Assembly: GCA_965287045.1 (NCBI GenBank)
Contig: OZ336889.1
Span: forward strand, 44,578,001-44,642,000
Direction of reading: 5' to 3'
Length of the DNA stretch: 64,000 nt
From: Carcharhinus amblyrhynchos
Lineage: Eukaryota
Under the pieces are notes generated by a model. The model did not search any database and had not been told where the DNA came from. It saw nothing but the letters and a program-made list of their open reading frames with translations. Positions 50,001 to 61,564 of this stretch are shown here, in pieces. Positions within the stretch are counted from its first letter, which is position 1; each line of letters begins with the position of its first letter. The translations under genes were made by a program, and so were the position numbers.

Positions 50001-52271
50001 AACTTTTGACAGATGTTAGGCTAATTGGCTTGTAGTTACATGTTTTCAGTTTCTTTCTTTTCTTGAATAGAGGAGATAGATATGCTATTTCCCGATCTCG
50101 TCGAGTAATAAAATAACTACACTGCAGAGAGAGGGGAATCGGCCCTTCGCGTCTGCATCCACTCCCCCTCAGTGTATCTTACCCAGCTCTATCATGTCCT
50201 AATGACTTGACAGCCTTTAGTTCTGACCGTTTTCTTAGTAGCATTGACCTGATGGTTGTAATTGCTTTATGTTCCTCGCTCCTTTCTCCCTCTTCACCTG
50301 CAAGTAATTCTGGGACATTATTTACATATTCTCCAGCAAGGCAGAGAAAATATATCAATTCTTCTGCCATTTCCTCATTTCGTATAATTTTTCGACGTTC
50401 CTTTTCCAGAGTAACAACACTTATTTTAGTGAGCATTTTTCTTTTTAAAAGCATGTAGACATTCTTACATTCATTTTCTATGTCCAGCTAACATTCTCTC
50501 ATACTCTAAGTTCTCCTTTGTCATTACTTTATTTGTCAATCTTTGTCTGTTTTAATATTCTTCCCAATCTTTAGCTGTGCCACTAATCGCAAAGTTTCGC
50601 ACTTTTTCTCCCACTCGGGCTCTATCATTGGAGATGTTGGGACTTTAACATCTCCATGAAGTAGGCCCGCTTTCTGTCTGTTATTTCAGCTGCATACCGT
50701 CTTCAGTCAACTTTAACCTGCATTCCTGGCCCTGTGCCAATCATTTTCCGATTCGACTGACACGCCATCAGGGTGGTTCTTCTCTCGCTTCTGCTGTCTT
50801 GTTGCATTAAACTGAACTAGTGTCTGTCTCTCTCCTTCTCTCCACACTGCAGATGTCAACTCTGTGCATTCCACCCACAGGCAAGGCCTTATACCTCTCA
50901 CTCTCTGGGTACTGACTGCACTGCATGACGTGGACCTGAGACATATCCTTTCAGTAAGAACCCTGCGATAACTTTCAGCCTAACAACTTTAATTATCTGT
51001 TCCTGATCCCTCTCCCTGACCGCCGTTTGGACATTTTCCCACTGATGGTAAAATTTTAATATTCCTTCCCCACCCTTCATTCGTTCGACGCGGGAGTCAG
51101 TAAAACTCCAACAACCGAGTCCAAATGCAAGCAAGTATGTTAACCCTTTTATCTTTGTTAGACCCCAGCTAGTGTATTAGTTCAGTTCTTGACAATATTC
51201 TTCCAAAGTATTTCAGAGCTTTGGAGAGTGTGCAGGAAGGTGTATTAGCATGTTTCCAGGATAAAAGTCCTCAGTTAGATGTAAGGACGGGAAACGTGGA
51301 GTTGTTCTCCTTAGAGCCGCACAGTAGATTTGATGAAGATGTTCTTAAAGGTGTTGGATAAAGAAAGTAGGAGCTGCTTCAAATGTCGGGAAGTTTGATC
51401 ACCAGATGGCAAACATTTGAAATAACTCGGGAACAGGAACAGAAGAGGGCTGGTGGTGGGTAAATATGTTCCGACTCTTAATGAGCTGGAGACAATTGGA
51501 TCAAGGGCTCGTGGAAGAGGATTGAACAATCCCTGTCAAGAAGATGGAAAATATGTCGAAAACTGGAGTAAGACCAAGACAGAAATTCCAGTTCTATCGC
51601 TCCTTTACAGAACCGACATGGATGCGATGGGCTGATTGCCCTCTTTCTGCGATCAACCTTCTCGAATTTTTTATACTGACGCAACTGCATCTGCACCGCG
51701 ATCGGCAGCTCTCCAGGCGGAGTAATTAATTCATTTCTTCTCGTTCTCCTCTGTGCGCCTCAGCTGCATAACCAAAATGTTACTTCTCCCAATTGTTCAA
51801 GGACACATGGGGTGAAGGTGTGTGACAAGCTCATGTTACCAACATTTGAAGGGCTTGCCAGATTTTGTTTAATTTTTCAAATGAGGGAGCAATAGAACAT
51901 TGTTCGATGGCTTCTGCAATACTGTCGGGAGGCGGGAGGCGAGGGTGGTGTTGTCGGGGGAGGGTCACCGGTCATCAGAAATCTGATTTTAAAAACTGCT
52001 ATTTTCAGCTCAGTCCGATGTCGGCAAATGCATTGACATTCTCAAACTCATTGTTTCCTATGACAGCAAATATACCCCTCAAATCAAACAACGAACGTCA
52101 CGCGAAAGCTCTGTTTCCTCGAGCATTTTATTTTGCCAAGGCTTAACTCACTGTATGCCGTGGGTTCGCAGCGCTTGAATAAAGCTGAGTGGGCAGTCTT
52201 CGCACCTCAATCACATTCTAGATAGGAAATAAATTGTTTCTCCAGGGTTGTCTATCATGCACTCACTTCAG

Positions 52272-52535
52272 ATATCTATCTATCTATGTGTCGATCTATC
52301 TACCTATCTATCTAACTATCTGGCTATCTATCTCTATCCAACTGCCTGTCTGTCTATCCATCTATGCACCTATCTGTCTATCTANNNNNNNNNNNNNNNN
52401 NNNNNNNNNNNNNNNNNNNNNNNNNNNNNNNNNNNNNNNNNNNNNNNNNNNNNNNNNNNNNNNNNNNNNNNNNNNNNNNNNNNNNNNNNNNNNNNNNNNN
52501 NNNNNNNNNNNNNCTATCTGTCGATCTATCTATCT
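52272..52535. repeat. A-type (TCTA)n microsatellite with a 129-nt N run (52385-52513), truncated at a rearrangement junction
   Basis: Matches 16029-16239, then switches abruptly to spacer sequence. Confidence 0.9.
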
Positions 52536-55500
52536 TCCCCCAAATTCCTTCACTCCTGGCCTCTAATTCTCATCTGTAAATACCTCCGTAAATGAAAACA
52601 AATTTTGCGCCACTGCCGCTTTGGCCTTACTTCACTGCTGCTTTTGGAACGAGTTCAGGTGAACGGGCTTTTCTGTAACACGTAAACCAATCTGGTCAGG
52701 AGGTTCATCATCAATACCACTGCTAACAGCGTGTCACCAATATGACTGGTCATGTATTGTGCACATGTATCCTAATAGCACAAATGTTTTTGATTTGATA
52801 TGATTTGATTTCTCACTGTTTTAGATAATAGTATACAGTGACAAGTATTCTTACACGTTTTACCGACAAAGCATACCATTCATAGAGAAGGAAAGGAGCG
52901 AGTGCAGAATGCAGTGTAACAGTCACATCTAGGGTATGGAGAAACATCAACTCAATGCGAGTTAGGTCCACTCAAAAGTCCGAGGGCAGCAGGAAAGAAG
53001 GTGTTCTTAATTTGGTTGGTACGTGTCCTCAGACTTCATCTTTTTAGCGATGGAGTCACATATGTACTGAGTAAGGATGCCAGATTTCCTGCCGGGAATG
53101 ATTTTAATGAACGAATGTCTTTTTTCAGCAATTCAGTAGTTTCATGGTTAGCATGATAATAACTGATTTTATTCAAGATTTATTGCCAGATACCATGATG
53201 GGATTTAGTATCATTGCTTGTTCCAGGACTCTGCAATACTAATCCGGCAATTAGTCGCCGGTCTTTGGCGTCCGGCACGCTTTACAGTGTTAGTTCCTGC
53301 TCCCTTGTTTGAGGCTAGGCGTGCACCTGTCTTCGAAGCGTTTGAAATGCATCATAAACGCACGGATCGGATTTCAGCTTAATTTACTAGAGACTGAACA
53401 CTGTATCGCCGAACACGACAGTGCGAATAACCCTTCTACAGAAATTGTGTTTCTCTCTTCCCAAGTACTACCAGATCTCCCGAATTTATCTTCAATTTTA
53501 TGCTGTAATTATCATTTTATTCTTCCTGCTTTCTATTGGACTTTGCACAATTGAAGAAAGAAGTCTAAAAGGAATCCCAACGAACCTTATGCAGAAATTG
53601 TGTTTCTCTCTTCAAAAGTGCTATCAGATCTCCCGAATTTATCCTAAATTTTATGTTATAATTGTCATTTCATTCTCCCTGCTTTCTATTGGACTATGCA
53701 CAACTGATGAAAGAAGTCGGAACCGAATCCCAATGAACCTGTGCGTGTTTTGCGGCTGAACCGGCAGATGGCAATATTGTAGTTGATATACCAAGGACCG
53801 TGTTATTACATGAAGTGTATATGGGGCGAGAAATATCTCAAAATGTCAATTCCTGGCAAAATACGTGGACACTTGGAATATAGGGATTCGGACATGAAAG
53901 TCGTTTTCAGAATATTCTCATTAGGTATTGCCAATTAATTTGGATGTTTAATGAGTTCCCCTTTTTAATGGTGAATGTCCATAATATCAGAAAATCCGAA
54001 TGATGAGAAGCAGTAAGAACCCAGTGCCACTAAATGTGTTACTATCACTTCCTTTCCTGCGTCATTCACTAAAGATAATGCTGCCAGCGCCACATTAATG
54101 ATCCGAACGTTCAGAAATTTGATAGGATAAAATTAGACAAAAAGGCGCGAACACGTTTCATACCATCACATGAACTGAAACGAAGATCAGGCCGAAGGTC
54201 GTGGCTGATGAGGTCGTGGGGTCCACCCCACATTCGGTCTGCCCCTGTGCTCGTTGGGTCCCTTTTCAATCAGTAATCTATCGAATTCTGCATTTTTTTA
54301 ATGGGATGTGGGCATCGCCGGTTCGACCAGCATTTATTCCTCACCGCTAATTATCCTGGAGATGATGGTGGTGAACTGCTTTGTTGAATCAGCGCCATCC
54401 CTGTGGTCTAAGTAAGCAATATATCCCCAGGTCAGGTTGTGAATGACTTGGAGGAGAGCGCGAAGATGGTGGTGTTCCCATGTGTCTGCTCCCCTTGTAC
54501 TTCTGGACGGTACAGGTGTGATTTTGTAAGGTGTTGCCCATGGATATTGGATGGGTTTTTGCAGTACATGGTGCAGATGGTCCCAACTGCTGCCACTGTT
54601 CATCGTGACGGAAGCAGTTTGTGGAAGAGGTGCCAGTCAAGTTTTCTCCTGGATGGTGTGAGCTTCTTGAAAGTTATAGAAGTTGCACTCTCCTGGCCAG
54701 TGCAAATATTCCATCACACTCCTGACTTGTGCCTCGCAGATGGTGCACAGGCTTGGGAGTCAGGAAGTGAGACGCTTGCCACAGGATTCATGCCCTCCGA
54801 CTTGCTCTTGTAGCCACCATATTTAAATGTCGAGACCAGTTCAGTTTCTGGTCAATGGTCGGCCTTAGGAAGTCGACAGTGGCGGCATTACCGTTGGATG
54901 TCAAGAGACATTGATTAGTTGTTGGAGATGGCCATTTCCTGGCACTACTTTGTCCCGAAGGATACTTGCCACTTGTCAACCCAAGCTTGGATATTGTACT
55001 GGACTTGCTGCATTTGGACATGGACGACTTCATTCTCTGAGGATGCAGGAATGGTACTGTACACTATGCGATCATCCTCATTGCTGACATTATGATGCAA
55101 GGAACGTTATTGGTAGAGCAGCTGAAGATAGTTGGGCCTGGAATATCATCTTGAGAAACTCTTGCAGAGAAGTGTGCAAATTAGAGGATTGAACTCCAAC
55201 CACAGCAAGACTTTTCCCTGTGCCAGGTATGACTGCAGCCAGCATAGAAATTTCCCTCTGAATCGAATTGACTCCATTATTCCTCGAGCTCCTTAATTCC
55301 ACCCGTGCTGCCTTGACGTCAAAGGCAGTCACTTCACATCTGACATTCAATTACTCTTGTCCATGTTTGACTCAAAGTTGTAATGAAGTCAGGCGCTGGG
55401 TGACTAACGGAATCCAAACTATGTGTCAGTGAGTAGGTTCCTGCTAAATTCCTGCCGTCTGATTGTGCTGTTAATGACCCCTTCCATCAACTTGCTGATG

Positions 55501-57182
55501 ACCTGGAGGGGCCTGATGGCTGATGAATAAGGTTGGAGATGCCCTTCTTTTTGCATAGAGGACATAACTGGGCAATTTTCTGCAATGATGGGTAGATGCC
55601 AGTGTAGTAGACGCCCTGAAACAACTTGACAGGCGGAGCGGCATGGTCTGGAGCTCAAGTCTTCAGGACTGTTGACAGAATATTGTTAGGGTCCAAAGCC
55701 TTTGCAGTATCCAACAGCTTTCGGACATGTCTTGGTATCACGTGGAGCGCATTGAATTGGCTGAAGCTTGACATCCGCGATGTTGACCATTCCTTTAGAA
55801 GGCCAAGATGTGACAGAAGATTGTTGCGAAGGCTTTAGCCTTATCTTTTCTCATTGATCGTTGAGGATGGGTACATCTGTGATGTCTTCTCTTCCAGTGA
55901 GTTGTTTAATTATCCACTACCATTCACGATGGGATATTCCTGGTAAAGAGAGTTCCACAGACTAATGTCTTCTACGGAAAATGAAATTCTCTTCATCTCC
56001 ATCTCAACTGGAAAGCCTCCTATTTTAATTCATGTCCCCTCCTTCCAGTCTCCTTGGAGGGGAGGCACTTCCTCAGCATTCACCATCTCAACTTCCCTCG
56101 GGATAGTAGGTGTTTCAGCAGGATCACATTGAATTCTCCGAAACTCTAATGGGTACAAGACCCAACTCTCCAACTGTTCCCAATATGATATCCCTTTCAT
56201 CTGAAGGGGGCACCTTTCTCCGAATGTTGCTGGTGATATTGTATCCGTTCTGAGGTACCCGGGCCAACAGGAAAGTACTTTAGATGTGCTCGCGACAAAG
56301 CACGACAAATTTGTAGCGAATCTTCCCTACTTTTATATTCCATCCCACTTGCAATAGGTGATAAAATTGCGTTTGCTTTCGTAATCACTTAAAGCTTCAT
56401 GCTAAAGCTTTGTGAATCACGTTCCGGGGCACCCAGATTCCCCAGGGCTGCAGATCTTTGCACTCTCAGCTCCGTGTGAATAATTTGAGCTTTCCATTCT
56501 TCCTGCCAAAGTGGACCAATTCGCATTTCACCACATTATACTCTACCTGTTTCTTTTTACCACTCCCGTAGCCTATCTAAATCCTGTTGGATACCATCTT
56601 TGCTCGCTTCACAATTTACTTTCCCTCCTGTGTTAAATTCGTGAGAAAAAGTTGCAATCAATCCTTCCCATCATCCATGGCATTTCTGAAAATTGATAAC
56701 ATTTTAGGCCCCAGCTGTAATCCTGTGATTCACCGCCGGCTACAGTTTGCCCCTCCCCCCCTACAAAAAAATGGCTCAGTTACCCCACCTCTCTGTTTCT
56801 GTAAGGCAACCATTCCTCTGTTCGTGATCAATATTATCCTATACATGATGACCTCCTATTTGACATTTCATAATGTATCTTTGAAACTGTTTCTTATTAA
56901 ATACCTTTTGGAAATCCAAGTCTACAGGTTCCTCTTTATTCACGTTACTAATAAGTTGCTCCAGTAAGTATATGAAATTAGTACAGTATGGCTTCAATTG
57001 TACAAAACCATGTTGGCTCTACATAATTGCAAGTGCCATGCGATAACCTTCAAATAACAGATTTGAGCATTTAACTTTTGACAGATCTTAGGCTAATTGG
57101 CTTGCAGTTACATGTTTTCAGTTTCTTTCTTTTCTTGAATAGAGGAGATAGATATGCTATTTCCCGATCTCGTGGAGTAATA

Positions 57183-57848
57183 AGAACATAAGAACATAAG
57201 AAATAGGAGCAGGAGTAGGCCATCTAGCCCTTCGAGCCTGCCCCGCCATTCAATAAGATCATGGCTGATCTGTTGTAGCTCAGTTCCACTTTCCCGCCCT
57301 CTCCCCATAACCCTTAATCCCCTCTCTTATCAAGAACCCATCAACCCGCTTCTTAAAAATATTTAGCGAGGCAGCCTCCACCACTTCAACGGGCAGAGAA
57401 TTCCAGAGATTCACCACCCTTTGAGTGAAGAAGTTCCTCCTCAACTCCGTTCTAAACCGCCTCCCCTTTATCTTGAGGCTGTGCCCCCTAGTCCTACTGT
57501 CTTTTTTGAGCGGGAAGAGTCTCTCCACCTCTATCCTATCCATCCCATTCCCTTCATCATCTTATACGTCTCAATGAGATCTCCCCTCATTCTTCTAAAC
57601 TCTAACGAGTACAAGCCTAGTTTATTCAGCCTCTCCTCATAGCTCAATCCCCTCAACTCCGGTATCAGCCTAGTAAACCTCCTCTGCACTCCCTCCAGGG
57701 CCAAAATATCCTTGCGCAGGTGCGGCGCCCAAAACTGCACACAGTACTCCAGCTGCGGCCTCACCAATGCCCTATACAGCTGCAGCAAGACCTCCCTACT
57801 TTTATATTCAATCCCCCTCGCTATGAAGGCCAGCATCCCATTTGCCTT
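57183..57848 (-). mobile_element. Young 5'-truncated CR1 LINE (666 bp), same family as 23773-25072
   Basis: Near-identical to 23773-24428 (about three substitutions plus a 5-bp insertion ccttc causing a frameshift); three tail units; empty site gtaatagaataac at ~32658; 3-bp duplication ata (57180-57182 / 57849-57851). Confidence 0.95.
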
Positions 57849-60004
57849 ATAGAATAACTACAATGCGGACAGAGGGAAATCGGCCCTTCGCGTCTGCATC
57901 CACTCCCCCGAAGGGTATCTTACCCAGCTCTATCATGTCCTAATGACTTGACAGCCTTTAGTTCTGACCGCTTTCTCAGTAGCATTGACCTGGTGGTTGT
58001 AATTGCTTTCTGTTCCTCGCTCCTTTCTCCCTCTTCACCTGCAAGTATTTCTGGGACATTATTTACATATTCTACAGCAAGGCAGAGAAAACATATCAAT
58101 TCTTCTGCCGTTTCCTCATTTCGTATAATGATTTTTCGACGTTCCTTTTCCAGAGTAACAGCACTCATTTTAGTGAGCATTTTCCTTTTTAAAAGCAAGT
58201 TACATTCATTTAATATCTCCAGCTAACATTCTCTCATACTCTAAGTTCTCCTTTGTCATTACTTTATTTGTCAATCTTTGTCGGTTTTTATATTCTTCCC
58301 AATCTTTAGCTCTGTCACTAATCGCAAAGTTTCACACTTTTTCTCCCACTTGGGCGCAGTCATTGGAGATGTTGGGACTTTAACATCTCCTTGAAGTGGG
58401 CCCGCTTTCTGTCTGTAATTTCAGCTGCATACCGTCTTCAGTCAACTTTAGCCTGCATTCCTGGCCCTATGCCAATCATTTTCCGATTCGACTCACACGC
58501 CATGAGGGTGGTTCTTCTCTCGCTTCTGCTGTCTTGTTGCATTAAACTGAACTAGTATCTGTCTCTCTCCCTCTCTCCACACTGCAGATGTCAACTCTGT
58601 ACATTCCACCCACGGGCAAGGCCTTAAACCTCTCACTCCCTGGGTACTGACTGCACTGCATGACGTCGACCTGAGACATATCCTTTCAGGAAATACACTG
58701 CGATAACTTTCAGCCTAACAACTTTAATTATCTGTTCCTGATCCCTCTCCCTGACCGCCGTTTGGAAATGTTCCCACTGATGGTAAAATTTTAATATTCC
58801 TTCCCCACCCTTCATTCTGTCCACACAAGAGTCACTAAAATTCCAGTAACCGAGTCCAAATGCAAGCAAATGTGTTAACCCTTTTATCTTTGTTAGACCC
58901 CAGCTCGAGTATTAGTCCAGTTCTTGACAATATTCTTCAAAAGTATTTGAGAGCTTTGGAGAGTGTGCAGGAAGGTGTATTAGCATGTTTCCAGGATAAA
59001 AGTCCTCAGTTAGATGTAAGGACGAGAAACGTGGAGTTGTTCTCCTCAGAGCCGCACAGTAGATTTGATAAAGATGTTCTTAAAGGTGTTGGATAAAGAA
59101 AGTAGGAGCTGCTTCAAATGTCGGGAAGTTTGATCACCAGAAGGCAAACATCTGAAATACCTCGGGATCAGGAACAGAAGAGGGCTGGTGCTGGGTAAAT
59201 ATGTTCCGATTCTTAATGATCTGGAGACAACTGGATTAAGGGCTGGTGGAAGAGGAATTAACAATCTCTGTCAGAAAGGTAGAAAATATGCCGAAAACTG
59301 GAGTAAGACCAAGACAGAAATTCCAGTTCTATCGCTCCTTTACAGAACCGACATGGATGTGATGGGCTGATTGCCCTCTTTCTGCGATCACCCTTCTCGA
59401 ATTCTTTACACTGACACAACTGTATCTGCACCGCGATCGGCAGCTCTCCAGGCGAAGTAATTAATTCATTTCTTCTCGTTCTCCTCTGTGCGCCTCAGCT
59501 GCATAACCAAAATGTTACTTCTCCCAATTGTTCAAGGACACATGGGGTGAAGGTATGTGACAAGCTAATGTTATCAACATTTAAAGGGTTTGCTTGATTT
59601 TGTTTAACTTTTCAAATGAGGGAGTAATAGAACATTGTACGAAAGCTTCTGCAATACTGTCGTGCGGCGGGAGGAGAGGGTGGTGTTGCGGGGGTGGGTC
59701 ACCGGTCATCAGAAATCTGATTTTAAAAAATCTGCAACTTCAGCTCAGTCCGACGTCGGCAAATGCATTGACATTCTCAAACTCATTGTTCCCTATGCCA
59801 GGAAATGTACCCCTCAAATCAAGCAATGAAAATCATGCGAAAGCTCTGTTTCCTAGAGCATTTCACTTTGCCAAGGCCGCACTCACTGTGTATGCCGTGG
59901 GTTTCTAACACTTGAATAAAGCTGAGTGGGCAGTCTTGGCACTTCAATCACATTCAAAGAGCAAAGAAGGTAGGTAATGTTTCTCCTGGATTGCCTGTCA
60001 TTCA

Positions 60005-60354
60005 NNNNNNNNNNNNNNNNNNNNNNNNNNNNNNNNNNNNNNNNNNNNNNNNNNNNNNNNNNNNNNNNNNNNNNNNNNNNNNNNNNNNNNNNNNNNNNNN
60101 NNNNNNNNNNNNNNNNNNNNNNNNNNNNNNNNNNNNNNNNNNNNNNNNNNNNNNNNNNNNNNNNNTAACAATCTATTTATCTATCTGTCGATCTATCTAT
60201 CTTTTTCTCTGTCTATCTATCTATTTGTCTATCTGTCTGTCTATCTATCTATCTATCGATCTGTCGATCTATCTGTCTGTTTCTCCTCTATCTATCTATT
60301 GATCTATCTCTCTATTCCTCTGTCCGTCAATCGATCTATCTCTCTATCTTATCC
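60005..60354. repeat. (TCTA)n microsatellite including a 161-nt N run (60005-60165)
   Basis: Directly visible; called bases match 34978-35166. Confidence 0.9.
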
Positions 60355-60722
60355 ATCATCGCGAAAACCCAATAAGAAGTGTGGCTTTACGCCTCTCTGT
60401 GTGCACGTGAAATCTAAACTCACACTTTTCGTCTTTAATTTATTCACCAAGGACATTACGCCTATTAAACAGCTCACTGCCCGCAACATTTATTTATTGT
60501 AATCTGCAGGCTGCCAGAGATCAAACCACACTCCATTTAATCTCTTTTACCTTTCACAGCACCGTTTGGTTTTTTTTGCGGGGCGGCTTGTGTTGGGTAT
60601 TGAGCCATTTTACATGCTATTCTGCGCCTTGGGAGATTTATATTTCTTCTTTTCCAAAATGGCTGATGTGCTCATTCTGCAAATATCAGACAATACCGAA
60701 ATGGAGATCGTCGACCAAATAA

Positions 60723-60743
60723 CACGTGACAGGAAATTTGCAT
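60723..60743 (+). promoter_or_regulatory. V promoter (type B'): E-box, Ets core and octamer
   Basis: CACGTG 60723-60728, ATTTGCAT 60736-60743. Confidence 0.85.
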
Positions 60744-60864
60744 ACGTCATTAATATTCATTCGCCCTGCGGTGTTTGAGTCTTTTTAAGGAGAGGTTGGA
60801 ATGGACTCAGAAGCGCGTTCGTGTCAGGATTAATTTTCCTTCTTCCTCTCCCCAAACCTTCACC

Positions 60865-60913
60865 ATGACACAATCGATTGGAGTTCTCGCCGCACTGATA
60901 CTCTGTTTCCACA
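60865..60913 (+). CDS. IGLV: Ig light-chain leader exon, gene B'
   Basis: Identical to the other two leaders; gtaagt donor. Confidence 0.93.
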
Positions 60914-61052
60914 GTAAGTACGGGCGTCGGCCTGAAGTAACGCTCATTTTTTTTCACATTATCTGCTTCTGCGTTTGTGTTTTAACGAACTTGAATTGTG
61001 AGCTATATTCAACATTTCACAGTGTGACTGACAATACTTTGCATTTCACCAG

Positions 61053-61397
61053 GTACAATTGCGGATCCTGTCCTGACCCAACCAGGATCCATTTCGTCCT
61101 CACCGGGAAAGACCGTCACCATCACTTGCACCATGTCCGGAGGCAGCATTGGCAGCTACCCGAGCTGGTACTGGCAGAAACCCGACAGCGCCCCTGTGCT
61201 TGTTTGGTCCCAGTACTCTGGTCTGGCTTCGGGTATTCCGAATCGATTCGCCGGGTCTGTGGACTCATCAAGTAACAAGATGCATTTAACCATCACCAAC
61301 GTGCAATCGGAGGACGCTGCAGATTATTACTGTGGTACTCGGCTCAGCAGTCCATATAGATTCATCTTCGGGAGAGGAACGAAGTTGAATCTGGGCA
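61053..61397 (+). CDS. IGLV: Germline-joined VJ exon, type B' (C exon expected beyond the window end)
   Basis: No difference seen from 35865-36209; intact splice sites. Confidence 0.95.
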
Positions 61398-61564
61398 GTA
61401 AGTAAATCACTTAACTCTCCTCTAACATTTGTGACGCTTTCTAAATAACAAAATGTACTTGGAAACGGTCGGATAGGTTGACTGGATTCGTGCAAATCAA
61501 AATGATTGCTCCTAAAATATTGTTATGGGGGATCTTTGATTCAGCAGCAAATGATATTGCAGTG

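Larger units (their letters stand above)
36377..61564 (+). repeat. Tandem cluster unit 3, abnormally long (25,188 bp): the distal ~7 kb of spacer occurs twice
   Basis: Spacer 45460-52535 is followed by a second homologous copy from 52536 with no gene between. Confidence 0.93.
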
